Source: an uncultured Ignavibacteria bacterium (lineage in GTDB: Bacteria; Zixibacteria; MSB-5A5; CAIYYT01). From it: 64,000 bases of DNA. Both the position numbers and the translations under genes were made by a program. The notes below the pieces were generated by a model that was given only the letters and a program-made list of their open reading frames with translations, made no database searches and was not told the DNA's origin. Shown in pieces: positions 18,454 to 26,281 of this stretch. Location of the stretch: the NCBI GenBank assembly GCA_964617645.1, contig CAZTYE010000007.1, positions 88,203 to 152,202 on the forward strand. Direction: 5' to 3'. Position 1 is the stretch's first letter; each line of letters opens with the position of its first letter.

Positions 18454-19022
18454 AACACCTTGACCGAAGCGCCATGGCGCTCGAACGCCCGCAGCTTCGT
18501 TACCTGATCCAGTCGGCTCTTGAACAGTCCCTCCGAGTAGCCCTGGTCGACGGTCAGAATCAATCCCTCCGGATTGAGCACGACCACTACCGGGAGCGAA
18601 CGAATCTGATAACGCTCGATGAATTCCCCGGTCGGGGCATAACCGAAGGGAAGCGCGAGATTGTCGAAGTTCACGGCGTCGCGGATCGCCGGCAACGAAT
18701 CGGAGACATTGACTAAATAGAACTGAGCGATGGAGTCGTACTCGCCGCCGACTATCAACTGCGCCGCCTCGCCGAGCGCCAGCTTGCTGCGCTCCGATTC
18801 TACCGACCAGAGAACCAGAAATTGGTAGTACTGCGATGTGCCCGGCAATGATACCGAATCACCGCTATTCAGGGTGAACTGTATATCCGTGAACGTGGGG
18901 TTCGATTTGAGCGGCTCAGTATCGGCGGTGACGAGCGCAAAATTCCAAAAGCCGAGACCGATCGCCGCGATGAGAGCGACCAGCGGGTACGCTTTGATTG
19001 GAATGCGCCGCCAGATCGTCAT
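18450..19022 (-). CDS. hypothetical periplasmic/membrane-anchored protein (operon member)
   Basis: N-terminal TM (AYPLVALIAAIGLGFWNFALV). 4-nt overlap with the ABC ATPase start. Confidence 0.4.
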   Translation of the reverse strand: MTIWRRIPIKAYPLVALIAAIGLGFWNFALVTADTEPLKSNPTFTDIQFTLNSGDSVSLPGTSQYYQFLVLWSVESERSKLALGEAAQLIVGGEYDSIAQFYLVNVSDSLPAIRDAVNFDNLALPFGYAPTGEFIERYQIRSLPVVVVLNPEGLILTVDQGYSEGLFKSRLDQVTKLRAFERHGASVKVF

Positions 19023-19034
19023 AAATCGTCCAAA

Positions 19035-19262
19035 CTATCTTTGGCGACCGAGAATAATGCCGATACCGTAGGCGATGAAGCCAAAACAAAAGCCGATTCC
19101 CGATACGCCAAGCGCTGCAGCCAGCTTGAGTTTCTCGGCCATGTTGTACACGCCGTCGGAGTGCAAGATCGCCGTAATAAAATCGTTTTCCGTCTGGACT
19201 TCGCGAAGGTTGATCTGGCTCTTCATCCAGAAGGCGATAGCCACCGCGACGACAAAGATCAA
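19035..19262 (-). CDS. small hypothetical membrane protein
   Basis: 75 aa, two hydrophobic segments. Lies between the Omp85-like gene and the ABC genes. Confidence 0.3.
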   Translation of the reverse strand: MIFVVAVAIAFWMKSQINLREVQTENDFITAILHSDGVYNMAEKLKLAAALGVSGIGFCFGFIAYGIGIILGRQR

Positions 19263-19376
19263 TACGCCGACGGTTTTGTAGAGCTTCGAAATAGATTTCT
19301 CCTTCCCCGATACGTTAATTCGCCCCTAACTAACAACACTTGAAAGATCGCGGCAACGAGTTTTGTCCGGGGCACT

Positions 19377-20690
19377 CTAAAAGAACTGCGATGTCGCCAG
19401 ATACACCGACCAATCGCCGTCCCGCGGACTGAAGGCGAGATCGAGCCGCCCGACACGACCCAGAAACTGCTTGATCGAGCCGCGCAACCCGCCACCGACC
19501 GACCAATAAGGATGGTGAGCGGCATCACTCGCACGCCGAAAGCGCCCCCAGATAAAGCCGCCATCAATAAACATCGCGGTCTGGACATAGAGCACTTTGC
19601 GATCCAGCACGCGTTGCCGCCACTCGATGTTGCCAAACAAGAGATGATCGCCCCGTTCGATTTCGCTGCGATAGCCGCGGATGTTGAAGTCGCCGGAGAC
19701 CGCGAACGGCTGCACCCGTTCATCCGCCGACGAGGTCTGCGCCTGCAGGCGGACCGCGAGATTGGTGAATCCGAAAATTCGATAAAGACGAAACGACGCG
19801 ACATGCCGCCACTTGTCCCAGTTACCCTGCGGGCGCTCGTTGATCACAGCTAAATCCTGTCCCATGTCCCAGCCGTCGTAGAAGAAATGCTCGTAGTAAA
19901 CACGACCGATGCTAACAGCCCCGGCGACGAAATAGCGCGGGTAATCAATCGTCGTTGGCAGACCCGCCGCCGGAGCACCAAGGAGCGACCAGTTCTCTCG
20001 CGAATAGCCGCCCGACAATGAGGCATAAAGCCGCTCATGCAGGCGTCGGCCAACACCGAGCGCCAGAGTCTTATTCAGATAGTCGAAGTCCCCCGAGCCG
20101 GCCCGGAACGTCAGCGGTTCGACTTCACGTCGACGCGACATTGCCACTGTGACGGCGATATCCTCGCCGAAGGCGCGCAGCCACGACAACGTCAAGTATC
20201 CCGAATTGCGATTCTCGTAGCGCCGGTAGAGAATCGCCGCTTGCAGATAGTAACCGAGGAGATTTCTCTCGCTGAGACCGATCGACCAGTCCAAGCGCCC
20301 GTCAGTGCTGCCGATCGAAGCGAGAGGCAGGAGCGTCCAGACCTCTTGCAGATGAAAGCGGATATCAACCGAATCGCCGGCCGCCGCGGCGTCAGCCCGG
20401 GTGCTCGCAAAAATGCCCAGACCTTCGATCTTGCGTCGGTCGCGGCTCAGCCGTTTCCAATTGAACAGCGCTCCCGGTCGGGAATCAATCTCATTGCGCA
20501 AAATGACTTGGCGCAACCTGTACTTGCCGGCAAAAATTATCGTCCGAACCGGCCTGCCCTCGAGCTTGGCAGAATCAAGAACCGTTGTGGTTTCTGATCG
20601 AACAGGAACGAACAGCGCGGACGCAAGCATCAGGGCGAGCAGTTCGTGAACGAGAGACGGCGAAGATCGCCGGTGGAATGCAGTTGTCAT
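19377..20690 (-). CDS. Omp85/BamA-TamA family outer membrane protein (single POTRA + beta-barrel)
   Basis: Start re-set to ATG 20690 (MTTAFHRR…, signal-like LLALMLASALFVPV). POTRA-like segment GKYRLRQVILRNEIDSRPG…, C-terminal beta-barrel ending …YLATSQFF (aromatic terminus). Confidence 0.55.
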   Translation of the reverse strand: MTTAFHRRSSPSLVHELLALMLASALFVPVRSETTTVLDSAKLEGRPVRTIIFAGKYRLRQVILRNEIDSRPGALFNWKRLSRDRRKIEGLGIFASTRADAAAAGDSVDIRFHLQEVWTLLPLASIGSTDGRLDWSIGLSERNLLGYYLQAAILYRRYENRNSGYLTLSWLRAFGEDIAVTVAMSRRREVEPLTFRAGSGDFDYLNKTLALGVGRRLHERLYASLSGGYSRENWSLLGAPAAGLPTTIDYPRYFVAGAVSIGRVYYEHFFYDGWDMGQDLAVINERPQGNWDKWRHVASFRLYRIFGFTNLAVRLQAQTSSADERVQPFAVSGDFNIRGYRSEIERGDHLLFGNIEWRQRVLDRKVLYVQTAMFIDGGFIWGRFRRASDAAHHPYWSVGGGLRGSIKQFLGRVGRLDLAFSPRDGDWSVYLATSQFF

Positions 20691-20749
20691 TCGCGATAAA
20701 ATCCATCTTTCCAGCGCAATATAGTTTGTCATACGACTGAGAATTACGA

Positions 20750-20777
20750 TAAAATACTGTGAGCAAGCCGCCGATAA
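20750..20777 (+). promoter_or_regulatory. putative sigma-28 (FliA) promoter TAAAATAC-N12-GCCGATAA upstream of CheY-like gene
   Basis: Perfect GCCGATAA -10 box at 20770-20777. -35-like TAAAATAC. Sits ~27 nt upstream of ATG 20804, with RBS AGGAGGG between. Confidence 0.4.
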
Positions 20778-20803
20778 TATAGAGCAGGAGGGTAGACTCA
20801 CAC

Positions 20804-21178
20804 ATGCCAAAGCAAGATTGTAAAGTACTGATCGTCGATGACTTCGGCAATACCGCAAAGGTGTTGAGCGAGATGTTCAGTCACTTACACGTGAACACGG
20901 ATGCCGCCGAGACTCCCGAAGAAGCCTTTATCAAGTTGAAGGCGCGCAAGTACGAGTTGGTGATCGCCGATTCGCGAATGCCGAAAGTCGACGGAGTCAG
21001 TCTGCTGAAGGAGATCCGCTCCAGTAATCCAACCACGAAAGTGGCCGTCATGTCCACTTTTGATTCCGGGCAGACGCATAAGATGGTCGTTGCCGACGGC
21101 ATCGACTATTATCTGCCCAAGCCGGTCAAGCTCATCCATATCCAGCAAATGCTTGATAAACTGAGCCTGAATTTGTAA
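20804..21178 (+). CDS. single-domain response regulator (CheY-like receiver)
   Basis: KVLIVDDF…, phospho-acceptor Asp context LVIADSRMPKVDG, conserved T/K residues; 124 aa. Confidence 0.8.
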   Translation: MPKQDCKVLIVDDFGNTAKVLSEMFSHLHVNTDAAETPEEAFIKLKARKYELVIADSRMPKVDGVSLLKEIRSSNPTTKVAVMSTFDSGQTHKMVVADGIDYYLPKPVKLIHIQQMLDKLSLNL

Positions 21179-21250
21179 TCGGGCGTGTCCGCTCGGGTTA
21201 TTGCCTTCATTTGATAACGATTCGCATCCTTGACGAGGAGGAGAAATATC

Positions 21251-22192
21251 ATGATCAAATCTCGCCACATACTCTGCGCCTTCTTCTTGTTGTGTATCGC
21301 TGCCGCGCTCTGCGGTTGCGGCGACGATAAAGCGGCAAACGAAACGAACCAGCCGGTAACCACTGAGCAACTCGCGCGAGTACGCACGATGAATGACTCG
21401 ACCATTATTCCGCTACTGAACTCGTTGCTCGCGGGCGGAATGGATTTCGTCGATAGCGTCGACGCCGGCGACTTCGGATTTGACTTGGGCAAGATGGCCG
21501 CACCCGAACACGACTCGACTTGGTTGACCTACCACGTTCTCAGTGGCTGGTGGGAAGGGTACCTGGAAACGGAAGGCATCGACGAAGACGACTCGGTCGC
21601 CTATCATTTGGTCGTGCGCGATTCATTGCAGTTTCGCAGCAACGGCGGCCAGCCACAGTTCGTGCCCGACGCCAATACGGATTACCTGCGTAACATCGGG
21701 CGCTTGCGGGCCAACGGCGTAGCTCCCGACGGTGACGAGCTCACGATCGATTGGCGCAGCGATATGATCTACGACGACCTGCTCGACGATACGATCACGA
21801 TCGACGGTCCGATCACTCTCGCGATTGACGTGAAATTCGACACGCTCGGCCAAACGATCGAAGGGCAGTGGCTTTTCGCTCTTGACGTCGAGTCATTCCA
21901 GGTTCCCAAACCGATTAATGAAGACGATCTGGTTTGTCCGCTGGCCGGTGTCGTGACCTATTCGGTTCGGGAGAATCTCTCTTCACAGTTCGTGACCGGC
22001 GAAGCCACATTTGTCACGTGGTCGGTGGAGATTGTTGTTCTTGACGAGTCCCACTTCGATGTGACCATCACTGCCGGAGCGATCGAGTTTGAAACCTATA
22101 CCGTGGAAATCCCGTGTGACGGCATTTCCGAGGGAATCGTCGTCGCCGACAAGCGGCTGCGCGAAGCGATGGTGAGTGCTCTCAAACGCTGA
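21251..22192 (+). CDS. hypothetical lipoprotein
   Basis: RBS AGGAGGAG then ATG. Signal peptide with lipobox LCGCGDDK. Acidic protein. Confidence 0.5.
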   Translation: MIKSRHILCAFFLLCIAAALCGCGDDKAANETNQPVTTEQLARVRTMNDSTIIPLLNSLLAGGMDFVDSVDAGDFGFDLGKMAAPEHDSTWLTYHVLSGWWEGYLETEGIDEDDSVAYHLVVRDSLQFRSNGGQPQFVPDANTDYLRNIGRLRANGVAPDGDELTIDWRSDMIYDDLLDDTITIDGPITLAIDVKFDTLGQTIEGQWLFALDVESFQVPKPINEDDLVCPLAGVVTYSVRENLSSQFVTGEATFVTWSVEIVVLDESHFDVTITAGAIEFETYTVEIPCDGISEGIVVADKRLREAMVSALKR

Positions 22193-22218
22193 CTGCAATC
22201 GGTAGCAAGAAGAGTACG

Positions 22219-22253
22219 GCCAACGCCGGCGCGCGCACCGGCGTTGGCTTTTC
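22219..22253 (+). terminator. rho-independent terminator
   Basis: GCCAACGCCGG…CCGGCGTTGGC hairpin followed by TTTTC. Confidence 0.6.
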
Positions 22254-22279
22254 AATTGATCCACGGAAGTACTTTGGCC

Positions 22280-22308
22280 TTGCTTTTTTCTGCACGGTAG
22301 TGTATAAT
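22280..22308 (+). promoter_or_regulatory. sigma-70 promoter TTGCTT-N17-TATAAT (with TG just upstream of the -10)
   Basis: Read directly from the sequence. Sits ~105 nt upstream of ATG 22414. Confidence 0.5.
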
Positions 22309-22413
22309 GAAAAAGTTCATTAGCCCCATGAGGAGTGCTTCTTTAGGACTGTTGCTCACGACCGAAACGTCATTTGGATAGCGAATTTCGCTTTTCGACA
22401 GCGAGGTCTTAGC

Positions 22414-23292
22414 ATGCAGTCATCTTCCCGGATTTGTACAATTGCAGTCCTACTTCTGTCCTGCACTGTTGGCGCGATTGCAGCTCCGCCGATCGGCGTC
22501 AGGGTCTGGGCGCCGCGAGGTGTTGAGCCCGGCAGCCAGATCAACGTGAAAGTCATGGTCGAATCGGGAAGGGCCGTTGGTGGTTTAGACTTCACGTTGA
22601 AGTACAACGACAGCCTGTTCAGCTTTATCTCGGTTGACCAGGATACGGGTCTCAACCGTTGGGAGCTGTTCAACATCACCCATGATCTGCCCAATGCCAA
22701 GGTAGGCATCTTCACCATCGCCGATATCGACAACGGCCCGGCGCATCCCGCGCCGGATGACTTTATCCCCAAGGGAGCGATTGCCAACTACAAGTTCTTT
22801 GTCGCTCCTAACTGGTTAGACTCCAGTATCCAGCGCTTTGAGTTTGTCTGGGCATTGTGCGGCGACAACGCCGCTTCGAATACGCGGGGAGACACGCTCA
22901 TCTTGCTCAATAGTGTTCGCGATTACGATGGAAGCGTTCTCTGGGTTGAACCGGACAGTATCAACTATCCGGAGAGCGCCCGACTGCCGAACATCGGTAC
23001 TCCGGATAGCTGTTTGATTGCCGCCAATAAACTTCTGTTTGACATTGATTTCCGGAATGGTGGCGCGGCCAACTACTTCGTCTGCGGTGACGCTGACGCC
23101 AACGGAGCAGTCTCTATTGCGGACGCGGTAGCGATAATCGGATTCATCTTTTCTGGCGGGGCGGCGCCGAATCCCGATGCCGCCGGCGATGTTGACTGCA
23201 ATAGTCAAGTTTCGATTGCGGACGCAGTCTACTTGATTAATTACATTTTTGCGGGTGGTCCAGCGCCGTGCGCGTGCCAGCCTGGACGCTAA
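22414..23292 (+). CDS. secreted protein with C-terminal dockerin-like double repeat
   Basis: Signal peptide MQSSSRICTIAVLLLSCTVGAIAAP. C-terminus GDADANGAVSIADAVAIIGFIFSGG…GDVDCNSQVSIADAVYLINYIFAGGPAPCAC (two Ca-binding DxDxxG-type repeats). Confidence 0.6.
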   Translation: MQSSSRICTIAVLLLSCTVGAIAAPPIGVRVWAPRGVEPGSQINVKVMVESGRAVGGLDFTLKYNDSLFSFISVDQDTGLNRWELFNITHDLPNAKVGIFTIADIDNGPAHPAPDDFIPKGAIANYKFFVAPNWLDSSIQRFEFVWALCGDNAASNTRGDTLILLNSVRDYDGSVLWVEPDSINYPESARLPNIGTPDSCLIAANKLLFDIDFRNGGAANYFVCGDADANGAVSIADAVAIIGFIFSGGAAPNPDAAGDVDCNSQVSIADAVYLINYIFAGGPAPCACQPGR

Positions 23293-23427
23293 TCCTTCAG
23301 GATCAGGCGATGTGCTCCAGTTCCGGCGCAACGGGACTTTATCGACGACTGGAGCCCGAGCGTTTCGGCTGCAAGAGGTTCATTTTCTGGTAATTGCGGG
23401 ACAAAAGAAGCCGATAATTCCAACATC

Positions 23428-24216
23428 ATGTCGACCGAAAGCCTGTTGTCAGTCTACGCGCTCGCTTTGGGCGCATTCATCGGCTCATTTCTGAACGTCT
23501 TGATTTATCGCCTGCCCCGTCAAGAAAACTTTGTTGCCGGTCGATCCCATTGCCCTCATTGTGGCCTTGTCATTCGCTGGTACGACAACATTCCGCTAAT
23601 CAGTTTTCTGTTGCTCCGCGCGAAATGTCGCAATTGCAAGGCGAACATATCTTGGCGCTATCCGATCGTCGAGCTTCTCACGGCCCTCTTCTTCCTCATG
23701 GCTTTTCGCCTTTATGGGCTCGATTTCCAAGCGCTGATTGCTGCGGTTTTGTTTGCCATGCTTCTCGTGGTGACCTTTATCGATTTCGAGTACCTCATCA
23801 TTCCTGATCGCATCACCTATCCGGGCATGGCCCTCGGCGTCGTCCTTTCGTTTGTGAGTCCGCTCATCACACCGCTGGAATCGATTATCGGCTTGCTGGC
23901 GGGAGGCGCGACTCTCTATCTGCTGGCCGTGGTTGGCGATAAGATGCTCAAGAAAGAATCGCTGGGCGGCGGCGACATCAAATTGGCGGCGATGTTAGGC
24001 GCCTTTCTCGGGTGGAAAAACATTTTCATAATTTTCTTCGGCGCCGCGCTATTGGGTCTGATTTACGCTCTGATTCGCATGGCGTTGGCGCGGCATTCCG
24101 CGGTCGGTCGGATGATTCCGTTCGGGCCGTTCTTGGCGGCGGCCGCGATGTTGGCCTTCTTCTTCGGCCATCGCCTGCTCGACTTTTACTTCACCCGCGT
24201 GCTTGCCCTCAACTAA
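23428..24216 (+). CDS. pilD: type IV prepilin peptidase (A24 family)
   Basis: N-terminal TM then a CPHCG…CRNC zinc-finger-like motif; GGGDIKL active-site region; 262 aa. Confidence 0.85.
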   Translation: MSTESLLSVYALALGAFIGSFLNVLIYRLPRQENFVAGRSHCPHCGLVIRWYDNIPLISFLLLRAKCRNCKANISWRYPIVELLTALFFLMAFRLYGLDFQALIAAVLFAMLLVVTFIDFEYLIIPDRITYPGMALGVVLSFVSPLITPLESIIGLLAGGATLYLLAVVGDKMLKKESLGGGDIKLAAMLGAFLGWKNIFIIFFGAALLGLIYALIRMALARHSAVGRMIPFGPFLAAAAMLAFFFGHRLLDFYFTRVLALN

Positions 24217-24284
24217 CGAAAATCGTTCCACCCGGTTGCACAATCACCGTGCGGTGAGTTCTCGCTCGCGCCGATAAAGACGAT

Positions 24285-26195
24285 ATGAGCGCAAACTCCA
24301 ATCCGGGCGAAAGCCTTCTGCAACGACTGGGCATTACCTACGAGATTCGCATTCGGATCACGCTCGGTCTGCTCTTCATTCTCATCGTAATCGCCAACCT
24401 GAATTCGCTCCGATTCTTCAATCAAACGATCTCGTTGGAAGAGGAAAATCAACGACAGCAAATCGCGCAAAATCTTAATCTCATCGCAGCCACGTTGCGC
24501 AGTGGGCCGATCGAGCGCCTGCAGAGTTCGGCTGTTCGCGATCTGGCAGCGGCGGCGGGCTTTGACCGACTGCTGATCGTCGAGACCGATTTGCTGCGCG
24601 ACACCGTCTCCGGCCACAGCGACTTTCTCACTGACGAGAAATTGCGCGAGATCAGGCGGCTCTACACTCTGCCGAAGACCATTGCCGGCGGCATCCGCAA
24701 TGCGTTGCCTTCGACGATCAGCGAGACCTTCTCCGCTCCCGACGGTCAGACCTATCGTAATGCCTACTTTCACTTTCTCGGCTTCGACGGCAGGCCGTTG
24801 ACTTTGGTGGCATGGTTTGATGCTGCAGTCATCGCTGAACTGGAAAGATTCGCTCTCTTCAACACGCTGTTTCAGATCGTGAGTTTGCTTGCAGCGTCGG
24901 CCATCGCGCTACTGCTGTTAAAAATAACGTTTCGACCTTACGAACAAATCAAGAGTGAAGCAATTGCCGCCGACGTGGCGCAGACAGACAAACCCGAAGC
25001 TGTCGACTTTGCCGTCACTGCTTTTCATAACGTCATCGCCGAACTTCGCGCCAAAGAAGCCAAACTTCAGGACCTGTATGCCGAGCAGAAGCAACGCGCT
25101 GCCAGCTTGGAGCGCTACAACGAGTACGTACTCCGGGCCATGCCGACCGGGGTAATCAGTTGTGATGTGGAAGGGAAGTTGACGCGCCTGAACGAAGCCG
25201 GAGAATCGATTCTGGGATTGAATTCAGCGACGGTAATCGGCCAGCACTATCAGAATGTCCTCCGGCCATTTGCGCAACTGGCGGACCTCTTCACAATAAT
25301 TCTTCTGCGATCGGAATCAACGGCGGCGGCGGAGATCGAACTCAAGAGCACGACCGGTAAACGCCTGGCGTTGAGCGTCACCGGGTCGCCGCTTCGCGAC
25401 GCCTCCCAGCAGGTACAGGGCGCGATGATCCTGCTTACCGATCTGTCGGAGTTGCGTAGTCTGGAAGCCCAGATGCGGCTCAACGAACACATGGCGGCGT
25501 TGGGAGAAATGTCCGCCGGGCTGGCGCACCAATTGCGGAACTCGATGGGGGCGATTGTCGGTTTCGCACAACTCCTGAACAAGATTGGAGCTGCCGGCAC
25601 CGCTGCCGGGATCGCCGACAATATTCTTGCCGAAGCGCGACTGACCGGTGAAATGCTCGATCGTTTTCTCAGGCTTTCGCGGCCAAGCGAGCTGGCGCTT
25701 TCCGAAGTTAACTGGCGCGACCTAATCGACGGTGTGGCTCGTCAATTCGAAGGCATACTCCAAAGTAGAAGGCTGAAACTCCGATTGAGCATTGCCGATC
25801 TCCTGCCGGCGCTGACCGGGGACGTCGTCCTACTGAGCAACACACTGGCGAACTTGCTTCACAACGCAATACAAGCCTCGACGAACGACTCCGAGATCGT
25901 CATCGCTATTGACCACGACAACGTCGCCGGGTGCATCGAAATACGTGTTGTCGACTACGGTCGGGGAATCCCCGATGCGGACATTGACAAGCTGTTTACT
26001 CCGTTTTTCACCTCCGGTAAAGCCGGCGGCACCGGACTTGGGTTGGCGCTGGCGCAAAAGTGGGTTAATGCTCATGGCGGCCGTATCCTGGTTTCCTCGA
26101 AACTCGGCCAAGGCACGACTTTCCGTATCCAGTTGCCGACACCGCGCCAAGGCGCCAACACGGCAGAGAAGATATTGCTTGCCAACAACGGCTAA
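24285..26195 (+). CDS. PAS-domain sensor histidine kinase
   Basis: Two TM segments flank a periplasmic region. PAS region (…VISCDVEGKLTRLNEAGESILGL…). HisKA H-box HQLRNSMGAI. HATPase_c motifs (N-box LLHNAIQAS, VVDYGRGIP, GGTGLGLAL). Confidence 0.8.
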   Translation: MSANSNPGESLLQRLGITYEIRIRITLGLLFILIVIANLNSLRFFNQTISLEEENQRQQIAQNLNLIAATLRSGPIERLQSSAVRDLAAAAGFDRLLIVETDLLRDTVSGHSDFLTDEKLREIRRLYTLPKTIAGGIRNALPSTISETFSAPDGQTYRNAYFHFLGFDGRPLTLVAWFDAAVIAELERFALFNTLFQIVSLLAASAIALLLLKITFRPYEQIKSEAIAADVAQTDKPEAVDFAVTAFHNVIAELRAKEAKLQDLYAEQKQRAASLERYNEYVLRAMPTGVISCDVEGKLTRLNEAGESILGLNSATVIGQHYQNVLRPFAQLADLFTIILLRSESTAAAEIELKSTTGKRLALSVTGSPLRDASQQVQGAMILLTDLSELRSLEAQMRLNEHMAALGEMSAGLAHQLRNSMGAIVGFAQLLNKIGAAGTAAGIADNILAEARLTGEMLDRFLRLSRPSELALSEVNWRDLIDGVARQFEGILQSRRLKLRLSIADLLPALTGDVVLLSNTLANLLHNAIQASTNDSEIVIAIDHDNVAGCIEIRVVDYGRGIPDADIDKLFTPFFTSGKAGGTGLGLALAQKWVNAHGGRILVSSKLGQGTTFRIQLPTPRQGANTAEKILLANNG

Positions 26196-26281
26196 TGAAG
26201 CTATATTCTGCTCTGACAAGTAGTTAACCGCCGTCTACTGCTGCCGTTTAGCTGGCTTTGCCGAGTCAAGGAGTTCCGAGC

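Noticed and set aside
20691-20803. Fluoride riboswitch expected upstream of the crcB-containing operon
   Set aside because: I read the leader on the minus strand. It lacks the conserved GGCGATGG…CCTAC-type pairing elements. It does contain GATGG once, but not in context.
20885-21492. Minus-strand ORFs 20885-21370 and 21109-21492
   Set aside because: They overlap the response-regulator and lipoprotein genes, which have clear RBS/ATG starts and domain motifs.
24213-24773. 186-aa minus-strand ORF overlapping the start of the histidine kinase gene
   Set aside because: Antisense to the kinase N-terminus; no supporting signals.
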